From the NCBI GenBank assembly GCA_050575255.1, contig JBNZDD010013588.1, positions 248,001-312,000 of the forward strand: a stretch of 64,000 nucleotides of DNA. Direction: 5' to 3'. The position numbers were made by a program, and so were the translations under genes. The stretch is from Harriotta raleighana (Eukaryota). This document shows positions 63,541 through 64,000 of the stretch, in pieces (the first letter of the stretch is position 1; the number at the start of each line of letters is the position of its first letter). Below the pieces are notes generated by a model. It ran no database searches, was not told where the DNA came from, and was given only the letters and a program-made list of their open reading frames with translations.

Positions 63541-64000
63541 GGAATCGCACACAAAATACATTGGCTTTTCTAAAATTATACCATCAAAGCTTTGGTGTAA
63601 GACGGAGGAGGAGGTACGAGTTTCTATAAGCTACACCTTCACGACACAACACCTAAAATACCAACGCATATCTCATTAAAGAATGAGTAGCAATAATGAC
63701 TTTAGATCAAAGTAAGATCGCGTACTGTTGAGCTACACTAACAAAGTAGACTAACAATGAATCACAGTGAGGCAAGGGGCCACTGGGATTCAAAGATTGG
63801 CAAGGCCATGTCACCCGTCTCACCAATAAAACCAACTCTTGTCAAGTTTCAAACAAGGACTTGTCAAGATATAAAATGATAGCAGAGGGAAATTTCAGCT
63901 AGATAAAAGTGCTGACTGAGGAGAATGGAGGGGGGTGGAAGGGAGGGGGATAGAGAGAGAAAGGGGGAGTCAGCTGGCAATGATAGGCCTGTTTCATCAG

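Larger units (their letters stand above)
1..64000 (-). other. RERE: Internal part of the RERE transcription unit: introns 4392-25882 (21,491 bp), 25988-26206 (219 bp), 26304-27503 (1,200 bp), plus flanking introns running off both window ends
   Basis: Four in-frame exons; neither the upstream exon ([24 protein letters not shown]) nor the downstream exon (AKLPDL...) was found by eye in the window. Confidence 0.85.

Overview
Eukaryotic, repeat-rich vertebrate DNA, most likely from a cartilaginous fish (probably a chimaera/elephant-shark-like genome, judged from the SINE and CR1/L2 families). The whole window lies inside the RERE (atrophin-2) gene on the minus strand. Four short coding exons were found by reading splice sites: 27609-27504, 26303-26207, 25987-25883 and 4391-4343. 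They splice in frame to [119 protein letters not shown] (C-terminal part of the BAH domain and start of ELM2). One intron uses a GC-AG donor. The rest is intronic: more than 40 copies or fragments of one tRNA-derived SINE, older Deu-domain SINE relics, L2 and CR1 3' fragments, Tigger-like and hAT-Charlie-like MITEs, microsatellites, several long near-perfect hairpins, repeat-poor candidate enhancers, and assembly overlap artefacts at single Ns. Almost all ORFs in the track are spurious. I see no evidence of a new multi-gene system. The best leads are RNA-level: the GC-AG intron, a 37-bp intronic hairpin, inverted SINE pairs with circRNA potential, and a possible poison exon. Family assignments come from recalled consensus sequences, not database searches, and repeat boundaries are approximate.
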